Source: a virus (Duplodnaviria; Caudoviricetes). From it: a stretch of DNA of 28,639 nucleotides. The stretch covers positions 1 through 28,639 of the IMG/VR virus record IMGVR_UViG_3300036982_000033, one strand, 5' to 3'. How positions within the stretch are numbered: the stretch's first letter is position 1; each line of letters starts with the position of its first letter. The position numbers were made by a program, and so were the translations under genes. The notes under the pieces were generated by a model that was not told the DNA's origin, did not search any database, and worked only from the letters and a program-made list of their open reading frames with translations. This document shows positions 14,650-24,451 of the stretch, piece after piece.

Positions 14650-17429
14650 TAAGGGTTTAATTTTGCCCCGTTGAATTTGTAAACAAATCCATCAATTGGG
14701 TTTCTATAATAAGCGTGTTTATCGTAAAAAACAAACTCGCCGTCTTGCAAATAATCATGAAATTTTGGATCTAATGCGTTACCTTTCATTTGGAAGATGT
14801 TTGCACGTACACGATTTGATTCCATTGTTTCACCTTTCTTATAAACAACAATACTGCCCTCTCTCATTGGGAATGTGGTTGTTTTTGAATCAACCAAAAT
14901 TTCAATATCATCAATTTCCACATTTTCACGTACTGTGAAAAATTCAATTTCGCTTGTATTGTTTGGATCAAAAATGCTTATCACATCACCTTTGAAAAGT
15001 CTATCACCTTGATATGGATTAATAGGTAGTGTATCGTGTGTTCCTATTTCAACATTGTCAATGAATCCAATTGCATCCCTTGAATTAAATGCACCAACCG
15101 TGTTGTGTTTTTCTTCACCACTAAATGGTTTAATGTCATCAACTGTACCAATGTAGTCCGTAATTATGTTGTGTGATGCTGCCGGCATTGCTGAAATAAC
15201 CTCAAACCATTCGCCTTGCACCTCATCCATTGTATAGTCTTTGGTGCAACCGCTAAACACATACACTTTGTCATTGTAAGCAAGTGAATAAAAGGGATAG
15301 TAATCACCTACTATTGTTGACATCATTCGTTCAACTGGTTTGTATTGCAAAGACATTGCCTCATACACCCGCATAATAGAAAGGAACAAATACAATGGAT
15401 CGCCATTTTCTTGCAGAAATCCACCGTCAAATGTGGTTGTTGGTACTAATGAAACACCCCCAGAATTATAAGCCGAATTAATTTGTATTTTTACAACCGT
15501 GCTTGTATCGGCCGCACTATCTATAAATAATAAAGGATCAAGTTCAACTTCTTTTGTAAAGAATCCAGTGGGATTGTCTAACTCAATATATTTATCATAA
15601 TTCTCATTAACCTCAGTCAAAGGAAATAATATACGCACTCTGGTGACATCCATTGCTTTTGCATATTGCAACAAACCTATTTTTGCATTTTGCCCAATGT
15701 ATTCAAAAGTGATACTAATTTCAAAATCATCGTCAAAATTAATGACCGGAGTGTTTACAAATAAGGTTGTGTTGTTTCCCCCACTTTGAACATAACGAAC
15801 AACATTCCTTTCATCCGCTGGAACAACTAAATCTTCTGTCCATTCGTTCTCGTATTGCGAAAAAGTTCGTGGTGTTGTTCCCCTCAAATATCTGTTGCCG
15901 GTTGTGCTATAAATAGCGACCATAACTTTCACAACATAGTTGGTTACTTTTATAGGGTTTAAAAACGTATCGTCTAATGTGTTGCCATCAAGAATACTAT
16001 CACGGCCATGTGAATCAAAGATTGGAATTGCAACTTGTATATTGCCTAATCCATCACCATTTATTTTGCCGATTGGGAATGTATAAGAATCTTGTGATGT
16101 AGGATCATCGTTTGCAATTACGCTTTTAACATCTTCATTTATGTGGCTTCCTTCAAAATGTCTTTTTTGTTCCATTTTGACTTTATAGGCACCGGCATAA
16201 TACCCAAATGTTCCACCCGCTAAAATATTGAAATCTTCCGTTGTATTTCCGACACTTCTTTGATGTGTGTAATTGCCTTCTGAATAAGTATAATTATTAC
16301 TTGAATCAACTAAATATTCTCTAAAAGTAATACTTTCGTTTTTAAAGTTACGTACCTGTTGAATATAATAAACACCATTTGCAATGTACATCCTGCATGA
16401 GTAAATGTCTAAAATGCCTTTTAAAACATCGTAATATGATTTGAATTTTGTAGGGAATTTATTTGCGTCTTCAATAAAAAAGTTATCAGAAATATACGTG
16501 TAGTCAAGTGGTGAATCTGCATCCGTTGTGGTTGCTGATAAGACCCTACTTTTGTATTCTATACTTTCACGAAGATAAGCATCGGTTGCACCCCAGAACT
16601 TATATAAGTCTAAAAGTCCAAGTATATCAAACACGTTTCTGATAGCTGTGTTCTGTTCTAAGGTTTCTTGTGTGTATTCATAGAACTTAAGCGCTGCAAG
16701 TCCGTCAATAGCCTTAAAAGTGTACGGAATAGGCTTTGAATCGTTGGCCCATTCAACCAAGTCCATCACAATGATACCGGCCCAATCTAAATCCCATGCC
16801 GCACCATCTTCTTTGTAGATTAAAAATTTAAGTTTGTTGTCTTGTGTAATTTTATATTGCTCAAAGAAACGATCAAACCAAACGTCATTATTTGCATAGG
16901 TTATTGTACTACTTGAATCTTTAATTGCACCAAGTATCTCATCACCTTCACCACCCCACTCAGTATTAAGTGCCATTATATCCGGTGCAAATGTTGGTGC
17001 GTATTGTTCGGATGGTGCTAAACTGCTTCCTATTGACGTATATGAGCCACTGTAAGCAATATCTAATGTTATTAATGTAGTTGGCCCGCTTGAATAAATT
17101 GCCGTGATTGTGGCCGTTGTATAAGCTAATGAACCAATGGCAACAATTGCGCAGTCATCATTCTCAACAATTCCACTATCAGCAACAACCCTTGCTTTGT
17201 AAGTATTAAATGTATCGACTGGATTTAATGTTTCACCGCCGGTGTATAAATAAAGAACCTGACCAACTTCTAAAAAATCTGTCCAATCTTTAGAAACAAT
17301 ATAAGTATTACCAGAACCGCTAACAATAGCAACTTTTGGGAAACCGATATAGTCTTCACCGTATAATTCTGCTTTGTACGTTATGCCATCACTTGAAATT
17401 AATTGACTGCTAAAAATTGTGTTGCCCAT
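14649..17429 (-). CDS. Large tail tip / hub protein (926 aa)
   Basis: Immediately after the tape measure gene; FKAIDGLAALK and YIANGVYYIQQ hub-like segments. Confidence 0.75.
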   Translation of the reverse strand: MGNTIFSSQLISSDGITYKAELYGEDYIGFPKVAIVSGSGNTYIVSKDWTDFLEVGQVLYLYTGGETLNPVDTFNTYKARVVADSGIVENDDCAIVAIGSLAYTTATITAIYSSGPTTLITLDIAYSGSYTSIGSSLAPSEQYAPTFAPDIMALNTEWGGEGDEILGAIKDSSSTITYANNDVWFDRFFEQYKITQDNKLKFLIYKEDGAAWDLDWAGIIVMDLVEWANDSKPIPYTFKAIDGLAALKFYEYTQETLEQNTAIRNVFDILGLLDLYKFWGATDAYLRESIEYKSRVLSATTTDADSPLDYTYISDNFFIEDANKFPTKFKSYYDVLKGILDIYSCRMYIANGVYYIQQVRNFKNESITFREYLVDSSNNYTYSEGNYTHQRSVGNTTEDFNILAGGTFGYYAGAYKVKMEQKRHFEGSHINEDVKSVIANDDPTSQDSYTFPIGKINGDGLGNIQVAIPIFDSHGRDSILDGNTLDDTFLNPIKVTNYVVKVMVAIYSTTGNRYLRGTTPRTFSQYENEWTEDLVVPADERNVVRYVQSGGNNTTLFVNTPVINFDDDFEISITFEYIGQNAKIGLLQYAKAMDVTRVRILFPLTEVNENYDKYIELDNPTGFFTKEVELDPLLFIDSAADTSTVVKIQINSAYNSGGVSLVPTTTFDGGFLQENGDPLYLFLSIMRVYEAMSLQYKPVERMMSTIVGDYYPFYSLAYNDKVYVFSGCTKDYTMDEVQGEWFEVISAMPAASHNIITDYIGTVDDIKPFSGEEKHNTVGAFNSRDAIGFIDNVEIGTHDTLPINPYQGDRLFKGDVISIFDPNNTSEIEFFTVRENVEIDDIEILVDSKTTTFPMREGSIVVYKKGETMESNRVRANIFQMKGNALDPKFHDYLQDGEFVFYDKHAYYRNPIDGFVYKFNGAKLNP

Positions 17430-17436
17430 TTATTTT

Positions 17437-19809
17437 TTATCTTCTAAAGTTGTTTGATCTACTTTGAACAAGGACTAAATCCCTGCCACTTATTTTTGTT
17501 TCCAAAACTATTGGTTGCATGTTTGAAGTGTTCATTGATGAATATCCACCTGCAAAGGATGATGGATTTGATGCACCACTTTTGTCTATTCCTTTTTGAC
17601 TTAGATTTGATATTGCGGCCCCTGCTGCAACTAATGCAACACCGCCTATTATAGCAAGTGCAGGATTGAATGATTTGATCGCTACATCTAACATAACTTG
17701 CGCTATACCCATTGCGATCATTGCTTCACCAAATTGGCCCATGAACTTACCTAATGAATCTAACAAGCCTTTACCGAAGTCTTTCACAGTCATATCCCCT
17801 CCACTTATTACAGTGCCTAAGAAGTCACCAAATTGCGTTAAACCTTCGGTTGCTAATGATTTCAATCCAGAACTTAATGCGTCACCCATTTCTTCACCTA
17901 AATCAGCCGCCTGTCTTTTTGCTGCTGCCATTGCTTGTTGGTCAAAAAGTTCTTCTGGCAATTCAATAGGTTTAATGTCTATTTGAACCGGTGCTTTTAT
18001 TGGTTGATCAAATTTAAAACCTTTTGATTTTAACTCTTTTTGGATTGCATCAATTGCAGGATTTTGTAAATTAGCTGCTTCAATTCCTTTTGAAAAGTCA
18101 ATACCTAATTGTTTAATTTCTGTGCTTATTGCTTTAACTTCACCAACAACCGGAGTAAGTTTTACTTCGCTTAATGTTTGCAATTGCGCTTCAAGGTCCT
18201 TTGTGGCTTGACCTGCTGCAATCATTTGTTGTTGCGCTGCACTAATTTCAATGTTTAATTGATTAATGCTTTCTTGCGTTTTTTTAGTTTCAACCACATT
18301 TGTCATTGCGGTTGTTCCACTTCCAAAAGTAAAGGTTTTACCTTCGTGCAGTTTCTTTCTTTGTTTTAATTCATCAAGTAGTGCTTGTCTTTTTTCATAG
18401 GCATCTTTAACTGTTGCCGCAGTTGTAAGCATTATTGACCTTGTTTCTGATATGTTTGCCTTTATAGCTTCACCAGATGCAAGTACGCCTTGTTGTTTTA
18501 ATCCATTTATTTTTCCTATTTGCTCACCAAGTTTCTCATAGGAAGTTTTCATCGTTTTAATAGATGCTTCAACTTGCGGGAATACCTGACTTGTGTGTGC
18601 CATTGCTACACCTAACGCAACCGCAGCCGCAGTAATTGCAGTAAATAAAATCACATAAGGTGCAATAGGTATTGCCAACATTGCCATTGCGCTTGTTAAT
18701 AATCCAATGCCATAAACCAAAGGACCAATTGCAGCCGCTAACCCTGCAACAATTAGAATAAAATCTTGTGTCTGTGGGCTTAAATTTGTGAAACCAGTTG
18801 CAATTTGTCCAATAACATTTGCAACTTTACTAATTGCCGGCGCTAATGCTTCACCAAAAGAAATTGCAACACCTTCAATTGCAGATTTCATTCTAAACAT
18901 AGAACCCTGCAATGTGTCATCCATGATTGCAGCCATTGCAGCAGTTGCGCCATCTACATTTTTAAATTCTTGTGTTAATGGTTTTATTTGGTTAACTCCT
19001 TTACCTAAGACAATTAATGCAGTTTGCGCAGTTCGACCAACCTCATCCATTGCATTTTCAAGTGTTAAACCTTTATTTGCAAGATTCCCAATTGCACCCG
19101 CAACATCACCACCAGTGGAACCTAAATCTGTAATAATTCGCCTTAATGATGTACCGGCCTGCGATCCTTTTATACCATTGTTTGCAAGAATAGCAAGCAT
19201 TGCACTTGCTTCTTCAAGTGATATGCCTGCAAGGGTTGCAACTGGTCCCACATATTTCATTGAATCGGCAAAAGTATCCAAGCCAAGAGTAGATTTATTA
19301 AATGCTTGCGCCATTACATCAGTAACGTGCAACATCTGACTTGCATCTAAACCAAAAGCCCTTAATGTGCTACCGGCAACCTCAGCACTTTTTGCTAAGT
19401 CCTCGCCGGTTGCAAGTGAAAGGTTTAATGTGGCTTGTGTTATTGATTCAATCTCAGTTGCTGAAAATCCCAACTTTGAGTATTCAAGCATTAAGTCTGA
19501 TACTTCCGTTGCCGTGAATCTTGTGCTTGCGCCTAATTCTTTGGCAAGATTATTAAGGCTTTTAAATTCGTTTCCAGTTGCACCACTTACGGCTTTAACC
19601 TTTGCCATTGATTGCTCAAAGTCTGCAAAACTTTTAACGGCTAACCCTCCCATCAAAGCTAATGGCGCAGTGATATTCATTGACATTTCTTTGCCAATGG
19701 ATTTCATTTGACTTGCGGTTTTTCTTAAGCCACGAATTAAATTTTGGTGTGATTCAGAAAAGTGACTTAAGTCAAACCCTGCGCGTATGTTTATCTGCTT
19801 TCTTGCCAT
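17437..19809 (-). CDS. Tail tape measure protein (TP901-type core)
   Basis: FEQSMAKVKAVSGATG and GIKGSQAGTSLR motifs; Ala/Gly-rich helices with hydrophobic segments. Confidence 0.95.
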   Translation of the reverse strand: MARKQINIRAGFDLSHFSESHQNLIRGLRKTASQMKSIGKEMSMNITAPLALMGGLAVKSFADFEQSMAKVKAVSGATGNEFKSLNNLAKELGASTRFTATEVSDLMLEYSKLGFSATEIESITQATLNLSLATGEDLAKSAEVAGSTLRAFGLDASQMLHVTDVMAQAFNKSTLGLDTFADSMKYVGPVATLAGISLEEASAMLAILANNGIKGSQAGTSLRRIITDLGSTGGDVAGAIGNLANKGLTLENAMDEVGRTAQTALIVLGKGVNQIKPLTQEFKNVDGATAAMAAIMDDTLQGSMFRMKSAIEGVAISFGEALAPAISKVANVIGQIATGFTNLSPQTQDFILIVAGLAAAIGPLVYGIGLLTSAMAMLAIPIAPYVILFTAITAAAVALGVAMAHTSQVFPQVEASIKTMKTSYEKLGEQIGKINGLKQQGVLASGEAIKANISETRSIMLTTAATVKDAYEKRQALLDELKQRKKLHEGKTFTFGSGTTAMTNVVETKKTQESINQLNIEISAAQQQMIAAGQATKDLEAQLQTLSEVKLTPVVGEVKAISTEIKQLGIDFSKGIEAANLQNPAIDAIQKELKSKGFKFDQPIKAPVQIDIKPIELPEELFDQQAMAAAKRQAADLGEEMGDALSSGLKSLATEGLTQFGDFLGTVISGGDMTVKDFGKGLLDSLGKFMGQFGEAMIAMGIAQVMLDVAIKSFNPALAIIGGVALVAAGAAISNLSQKGIDKSGASNPSSFAGGYSSMNTSNMQPIVLETKISGRDLVLVQSRSNNFRR

Positions 19810-19810
19810 T

Positions 19811-20143
19811 TTATTTGAACCAGTTTGGTTTTTGTTTTTTTAGTTGTTGTATTTCTGCCTTTGTCCAAGCATTGTTGCCAGTGCCTTTTTTATCTTCTTG
19901 TTGTTCCCAGTCAAACTTTATCAGGTCTTGTGGTTTGTGCATTCTTTTATTTCCTGCACTTTTCAATGTTACAAAAGAAACAAATCTTGCAGTTTCCCAT
20001 TGTGTGCGTGCCTTTATGTTTTCGCCTATTGTATGCCCTATGTAGGCATCGAATATGGCCGCCATTGTATATTCGTCTAAAGATAGTGGGGATTGCTTTA
20101 AAACGCCTAAAACAAACCCCCTTATCCATGTCGATAATGGCAA
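19811..20143 (-). CDS. Tail assembly chaperone, frameshift extension (gpT-like)
   Basis: In the -1 frame relative to the upstream chaperone with only a TTG start; lies just before the tape measure gene. Confidence 0.8.
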   Translation of the reverse strand: MPLSTWIRGFVLGVLKQSPLSLDEYTMAAIFDAYIGHTIGENIKARTQWETARFVSFVTLKSAGNKRMHKPQDLIKFDWEQQEDKKGTGNNAWTKAEIQQLKKQKPNWFK

Positions 20144-20145
20144 TT

Positions 20146-20433
20146 TTACTTTTTTGCTTCCTTACCCATATTATTAAGCGCTGCCATATCTTCCTGCATT
20201 GCTTGTGTAAATACGTTAATAAGTGCAAAATCTTCATCAATGGCATCGATAACAAAATCCTTTGTAACATTTTCGCCTGCTGCCTTTAAACCGCAATATG
20301 CAATGTCAACCAATGTACTCATGTTGATGTTGTCACCAATTGCAGAAACGCTTGAACCGGTTTCCTTTTCGTACATTAGTAACGCTTTGAATCCGAATTT
20401 GAACTTGTACTCCTTGTTTTTAATTTTAATCAT
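20146..20433 (-). CDS. Tail assembly chaperone (gpG-like)
   Basis: Between the major tail and tape measure genes; ends in GCA AAA AAG TAA. Confidence 0.85.
   Translation of the reverse strand: MIKIKNKEYKFKFGFKALLMYEKETGSSVSAIGDNINMSTLVDIAYCGLKAAGENVTKDFVIDAIDEDFALINVFTQAMQEDMAALNNMGKEAKK
20149..20155 (-). other. -1 programmed frameshift slippery site A AAA AAG
   Basis: X XXY YYZ heptamer just before the stop; the -1 frame reads KVKLPLSTW into the downstream ORF. Confidence 0.85.
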
Positions 20434-20492
20434 TTTTGTGTATTTAATTTTAATTTGTTGTGTGTTAAATGTAATTTATAAAGTTAATGGTT

Positions 20493-20520
20493 AAAAAAAA
20501 AGGTGGGCAAAATACCCACC
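20493..20520 (-). terminator. Intrinsic terminator after the major tail gene
   Basis: GGTGGGTA-TTT-TGCCCACC followed by T9. Confidence 0.85.
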
Positions 20521-20549
20521 CCTTCAATCACACATTAACAAGATAAAAA

Positions 20550-20960
20550 TTAAGCCACTGTCGCTTTTGTCACCGCGCCAGTTCCTTCAAAAGACACTGA
20601 AAAGGTGCTTGATTCTTCAAGACCATCAGTTCTTCCCAATGACGTAATGTGACAAGATCCACTGTATTCTTTGTCACCAACTACATCCGTTGTCCATGTT
20701 ATAACAACTGCTGCGCGTGTTATAAAAGCATCGTATAAATCTTCAAAACCATAGGTTGCATCTTCTGCAAAGAATCCTTCACCGCTTCCGCTGAATGATC
20801 TTTGTCCTTCTAAACTTTGTTTCCATCCTGCTGAATCTTTAGTGCTTGCGTCACGGGTTGCCATGTCGAAAGTTAAAGAGTTAGATGTTAGGTGTGCAAC
20901 TGTTACACCTGCAACTTGTATTTTGGCGATTGTGCCATTCAATATTCCTGTACTTGCCAT
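20550..20960 (-). CDS. Major tail tube protein (TP901-1-like)
   Basis: DASTKDSAGW, YSGSCHITSL and TFSVSFEGTG motifs. Confidence 0.9.
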   Translation of the reverse strand: MASTGILNGTIAKIQVAGVTVAHLTSNSLTFDMATRDASTKDSAGWKQSLEGQRSFSGSGEGFFAEDATYGFEDLYDAFITRAAVVITWTTDVVGDKEYSGSCHITSLGRTDGLEESSTFSVSFEGTGAVTKATVA

Positions 20961-20991
20961 TTTCTTATATTTTAAACAAAAATAATTTGTA

Positions 20992-21216
20992 TTACTTCTT
21001 TACCTTAGTAATTTTTTTAACTTTGGGTTTTTCCTCATTATCAAACGCTATTTCAAGAATGTGTTCAACCCTTTCTTCCTTTGTGTAGTCACCAAATTCC
21101 TTTGCAACTTCTAATTCAATTAATTCTGCGCCTAACTTATTGCTCACGCGTAATTCTGTTCCTTCTGTCAACACCTTTAGTGCAACCGCATAATCTTTTA
21201 TTAATACTATTCTCAT
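20992..21216 (-). CDS. Hypothetical protein (74 aa)
   Basis: ATGA overlap with the upstream gene; lies in the neck/tail module. Confidence 0.7.
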   Translation of the reverse strand: MRIVLIKDYAVALKVLTEGTELRVSNKLGAELIELEVAKEFGDYTKEERVEHILEIAFDNEEKPKVKKITKVKK

Positions 21217-21668
21217 AAATTTAATGTCTCTGCTTTTTTATAAATATATTTTTCTAATTCGTCACTCATTGTGGTGTTTACTGATCCCATTAATGGTTCT
21301 GCTGCATTGCTTATAAAATTGGTTGCCGGTATGTCATAAGCCCCGTACTCAATCCAAAACGCATAAAAACCATCGTACTTTGCACTGTTGCCTTTTCTTG
21401 GTCCAACTAAAACATTTGGATATTTTTTCATCGGGCTTGTTTTAATTGCAAAAGATTTCTTTAAATTCTCTGGTTCGTAAACTTTTCCGTTTCTGCCTTT
21501 TATTGTTTTTGTCGCTATTGGTGTGTTTGCTTTTACTGCTGCCAATATTGGTTTCATTTGCCTTCTTAAAATCTTCAATATTTCCAAACGTTTCATGCGA
21601 TCATCAGACAATAATTTTATCTCATTAATCACACCTTCCATTCCTAAAATTTGAAAATCTTTACTCAT
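21213..21668 (-). CDS. HK97 gp10-like tail component
   Basis: KANTPI, NLKKSF and FYAFWIEYG...PATNFI motifs. Confidence 0.85.
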   Translation of the reverse strand: MSKDFQILGMEGVINEIKLLSDDRMKRLEILKILRRQMKPILAAVKANTPIATKTIKGRNGKVYEPENLKKSFAIKTSPMKKYPNVLVGPRKGNSAKYDGFYAFWIEYGAYDIPATNFISNAAEPLMGSVNTTMSDELEKYIYKKAETLNL

Positions 21669-21976
21669 AGCGTTCTTGTAGCGGTTAAAAATAACCCTTC
21701 ACGATCCAATTCTTGGATTTCAATAATGTCGTAATTTGTGGCATTGTAAACTATTCGCATGCTTTCGTTTATTCCCGCAAAGTATCTAATTTTAAACCTT
21801 ACCTTATTGGTTGCCGTTACCTGATCCGCGTTGATTGCTTCCATTCCGCTTACCTTTTGAACATTAGCAAATGCGTTGTGAAAAGTATCCCAAGTGGTTG
21901 TGTATTCACCTATGGAATTTGTGGTGAAGTTTTGTACTTGGATTACTATCTTCCTATCTAAGCGACCTATGTTCAT
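21665..21976 (-). CDS. Head closure protein (SPP1 gp16-like)
   Basis: IGRLDRKIVIQ and FKIRY..GINESMRIVY motifs. Confidence 0.9.
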   Translation of the reverse strand: MNIGRLDRKIVIQVQNFTTNSIGEYTTTWDTFHNAFANVQKVSGMEAINADQVTATNKVRFKIRYFAGINESMRIVYNATNYDIIEIQELDREGLFLTATRTL

Positions 21977-22530
21977 TATATTTCTGTTCTTTGACTAATT
22001 AGTGAAAGTTGGTACATGGTGCCGCGTGAAATGATTCTTCCGGTTGAACCAAGAATTTCATTTTGTCTATTTTCAAACATATCAGCAACTAACATCCTAA
22101 GTGCTTGTTTAACCATTGGATCCGTGTTTGCAAGTGTGGTTATTTCAACCTCTATTGCAAAATCTTTCACGTAAAGTGATGGCAAATTACCTTTTAATTC
22201 AATGTAAGAATATAACCCATTGTTCCAATGATAATTGCTTGAACTTAACAGTGTTCTTGTATTGTCCAAATCGTAATAGTAAATGGCTAATGTATCTACT
22301 TTTGCAACATCAACACGGAAATCATCCCATTCTTGCATGTAGCCCAATATAGAGCCTTTTACAAAGATTGCAGTCTCATTGTATAGCCATACGTGCGCAC
22401 TTGCCAAATAGTCATTTATAAGGTCATCAAATGAATCATCAAGAATGTTCAAATGTCTTTTAGCTTCAACTAATGTCAAGGCCCAATTTTGTGTTGGCGT
22501 GTATGCGGTTATTTTTTTATTTCTTATCAT
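21976..22530 (-). CDS. Head-tail connector (gp6/gp15-like)
   Basis: LTLVEAKRHLNI..DDLI and VKQALRMLVADMFENR motifs. Confidence 0.9.
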   Translation of the reverse strand: MIRNKKITAYTPTQNWALTLVEAKRHLNILDDSFDDLINDYLASAHVWLYNETAIFVKGSILGYMQEWDDFRVDVAKVDTLAIYYYDLDNTRTLLSSSNYHWNNGLYSYIELKGNLPSLYVKDFAIEVEITTLANTDPMVKQALRMLVADMFENRQNEILGSTGRIISRGTMYQLSLISQRTEI

Positions 22531-22541
22531 TTTTAAAGTAT

Positions 22542-22575
22542 AAAAAAAGGGATAGGCACAACACCCACCCCTTTT
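22542..22575 (-). terminator. Intrinsic terminator after the capsid gene
   Basis: AAAAGGGGTGGGTG-TTG-TGCCTATCCCTTTTTTT. Confidence 0.85.
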
Positions 22576-22596
22576 ATATTTAGTTATTATTTAGGA

Positions 22597-23802
22597 TTAA
22601 CCGAATGTTCCAACTGAAATTGCAGCATCTTGAACAAGTGCCATATCCCAGTAAGAGTTAAGGATTAATCTATTGGTTCCTTGTATTGCTTGAGTGTAAG
22701 GATCCATAAGGATTTCAATACCACCGAACTGAGCAACGTAAACTTTTGACCAATCTCCGTAATAAACCGCAGGGTTTGTAATGTCAGCAATTTGGTTGCT
22801 GAATTTAGCCATTATGCCCATGATCATTTCGTTTGTGATAAGTGGACTAACACCAGATACTTGTGCTGCTGCATATACATCGCTGAATACATCGTTAGAC
22901 AATGCAAAACCTAAGTTACCACGATTGTGGTTGTTAGATTGTACTTCTTCCATAAGAGCCAAAACAAGTGCGCTTATTGATGCGTTTGTCACTGGAGTTT
23001 TATCATTTCCTAACCATTCAAATGCACCGTTTGCGGTATCATCTGTGAATGCTGCATATTCAAATTTAGCTGCAACCGCTTGAGCGATTGAATTTCTAAG
23101 CGCACTCTCTAAAGAGAAATTAGCTTGAAGTGCTGCTTGTTTTGAATAATCAACATAAGCTGCAAGTCTTCTTGGTGCAAGGTCTTTTTTAGTCATTGCA
23201 GTTCCGCCATCGATTGCTGCTGATACCTCAGTTTCCCATTGTGTAGATACTGCACCTAAGATTGGAATACGTTGGTCTGTTGATGTAGAGATTCTTGTAA
23301 CTCCAAGATCACCTAAGATTGTATTTGCATAAACTGCATCTACAAAAGATAATTGCTCAACACCGGTTGTTCCGTTTTCAGTGATAACTGCTCTATTCAA
23401 GATCATTGAAGGAATAACAACACCATTGGAACTTCTTCCGATTGCGTTCATTTCTTTCTCACCTTCTTGAGCCATTTCTAACTCAACACCTTCTAACTTA
23501 CCACCAAATGCGGCACGAACTGCTTTACCGAAAGAAAAGTCTCTTACTATTTCTTTTTCCTCTTTACTTGCTGATGCAACTGGTGCGCCTGCTAAATTTG
23601 CTGCTTTCAATCTGATTTCTTCTAATTTTTCTGTTTTTGGTAACTCTTCAACCAAAGTTGTAAGTCTTTCCATGTTTGTATCAAAAGATACTTTTTCTTC
23701 TGCGGTAAAATCTCTATTTTCAGAAGAAACCAAAGTTTCTAATGAATCAAGGATATTTTTAACGCTTCCGATTTCTTCACGTATTTCTAAACTATTTTTC
23801 AT
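22597..23802 (-). CDS. Major capsid protein, HK97 fold
   Basis: N-terminal coiled-coil delta domain, LAPRRLAA, YYGDWS and ILMDPYTQ; follows the protease. Confidence 0.95.
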   Translation of the reverse strand: MKNSLEIREEIGSVKNILDSLETLVSSENRDFTAEEKVSFDTNMERLTTLVEELPKTEKLEEIRLKAANLAGAPVASASKEEKEIVRDFSFGKAVRAAFGGKLEGVELEMAQEGEKEMNAIGRSSNGVVIPSMILNRAVITENGTTGVEQLSFVDAVYANTILGDLGVTRISTSTDQRIPILGAVSTQWETEVSAAIDGGTAMTKKDLAPRRLAAYVDYSKQAALQANFSLESALRNSIAQAVAAKFEYAAFTDDTANGAFEWLGNDKTPVTNASISALVLALMEEVQSNNHNRGNLGFALSNDVFSDVYAAAQVSGVSPLITNEMIMGIMAKFSNQIADITNPAVYYGDWSKVYVAQFGGIEILMDPYTQAIQGTNRLILNSYWDMALVQDAAISVGTFG

Positions 23803-23827
23803 TTTATGTATTTTTTAATTTACCTTA

Positions 23828-23872
23828 CAAAAATTGCCATTTAAATTATAGGTATTTTGTAACTATTTTAAC
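23828..23872 (-). promoter_or_regulatory. Late-type promoter 2
   Basis: GTTAAAATAGTTACAA-N21-AATTTTTG. Confidence 0.8.
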
Positions 23873-24451
23873 CTTTGCATAATTTCGCAAATCTGCTTTT
23901 GTATTTACACCCATTTCAACCGGTGCAGCCTCTTCAATTACTTCCAAAGTCTTTTTAAGTTCATCAACTTGGTCTGCACTTCTTTTGAATGCGTCTTTGT
24001 TTGATCCTGCACTAACTATTGACCATTCAATTAGTTCTTGACGTGTGAAATAAATAGTACCACTATCTTCACCATTGTCAACATTGCCGTAACGATACTC
24101 ATGTGGAATTGCGCCAACTGATGCCATCTTCAAAATACCATCTTGCATTTTATTAAATACTTTGTCTGCAAGTGGATTGTTACCTTCACGCTCAAAAGTA
24201 ACTTCACCAATCAATGAATCATCTTCTATGTAAACTCTGGATGTTCCAATTATTGTGTCTGGATTCGAATCACTTGTAACATGGTTGTATGCCACTATTG
24301 GGTTTCTGTTATAATTCTCTAAATCCCAACCGGCTAATTTAAACACGGTTCCGTGTCTGTCTATTGATTCGGTTGATATTACAAATTGTGCAGTTCTATT
24401 TTCAGCATTAACACCGCGAACCTCTGCAATTCTTTCTATTTTATTCATCAT
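23846..24451 (-). CDS. Prohead protease (HK97 family)
   Basis: STESIDRHG, NPIVAYNH, ASVG and ELIEWSIV motifs. Confidence 0.93.
   Translation of the reverse strand: MMNKIERIAEVRGVNAENRTAQFVISTESIDRHGTVFKLAGWDLENYNRNPIVAYNHVTSDSNPDTIIGTSRVYIEDDSLIGEVTFEREGNNPLADKVFNKMQDGILKMASVGAIPHEYRYGNVDNGEDSGTIYFTRQELIEWSIVSAGSNKDAFKRSADQVDELKKTLEVIEEAAPVEMGVNTKADLRNYAKVKIVTKYL

Noticed and set aside
19947-20270. 107-aa alternative-frame minus ORF over the chaperone genes
   Set aside because: Overlaps two well-supported genes, and the -1 frameshift leads into the other frame.
17454-20289. Several plus-strand ORFs of 66-183 aa
   Set aside because: Antisense shadows of the tape measure and chaperone genes; no plus-strand expression signals seen.
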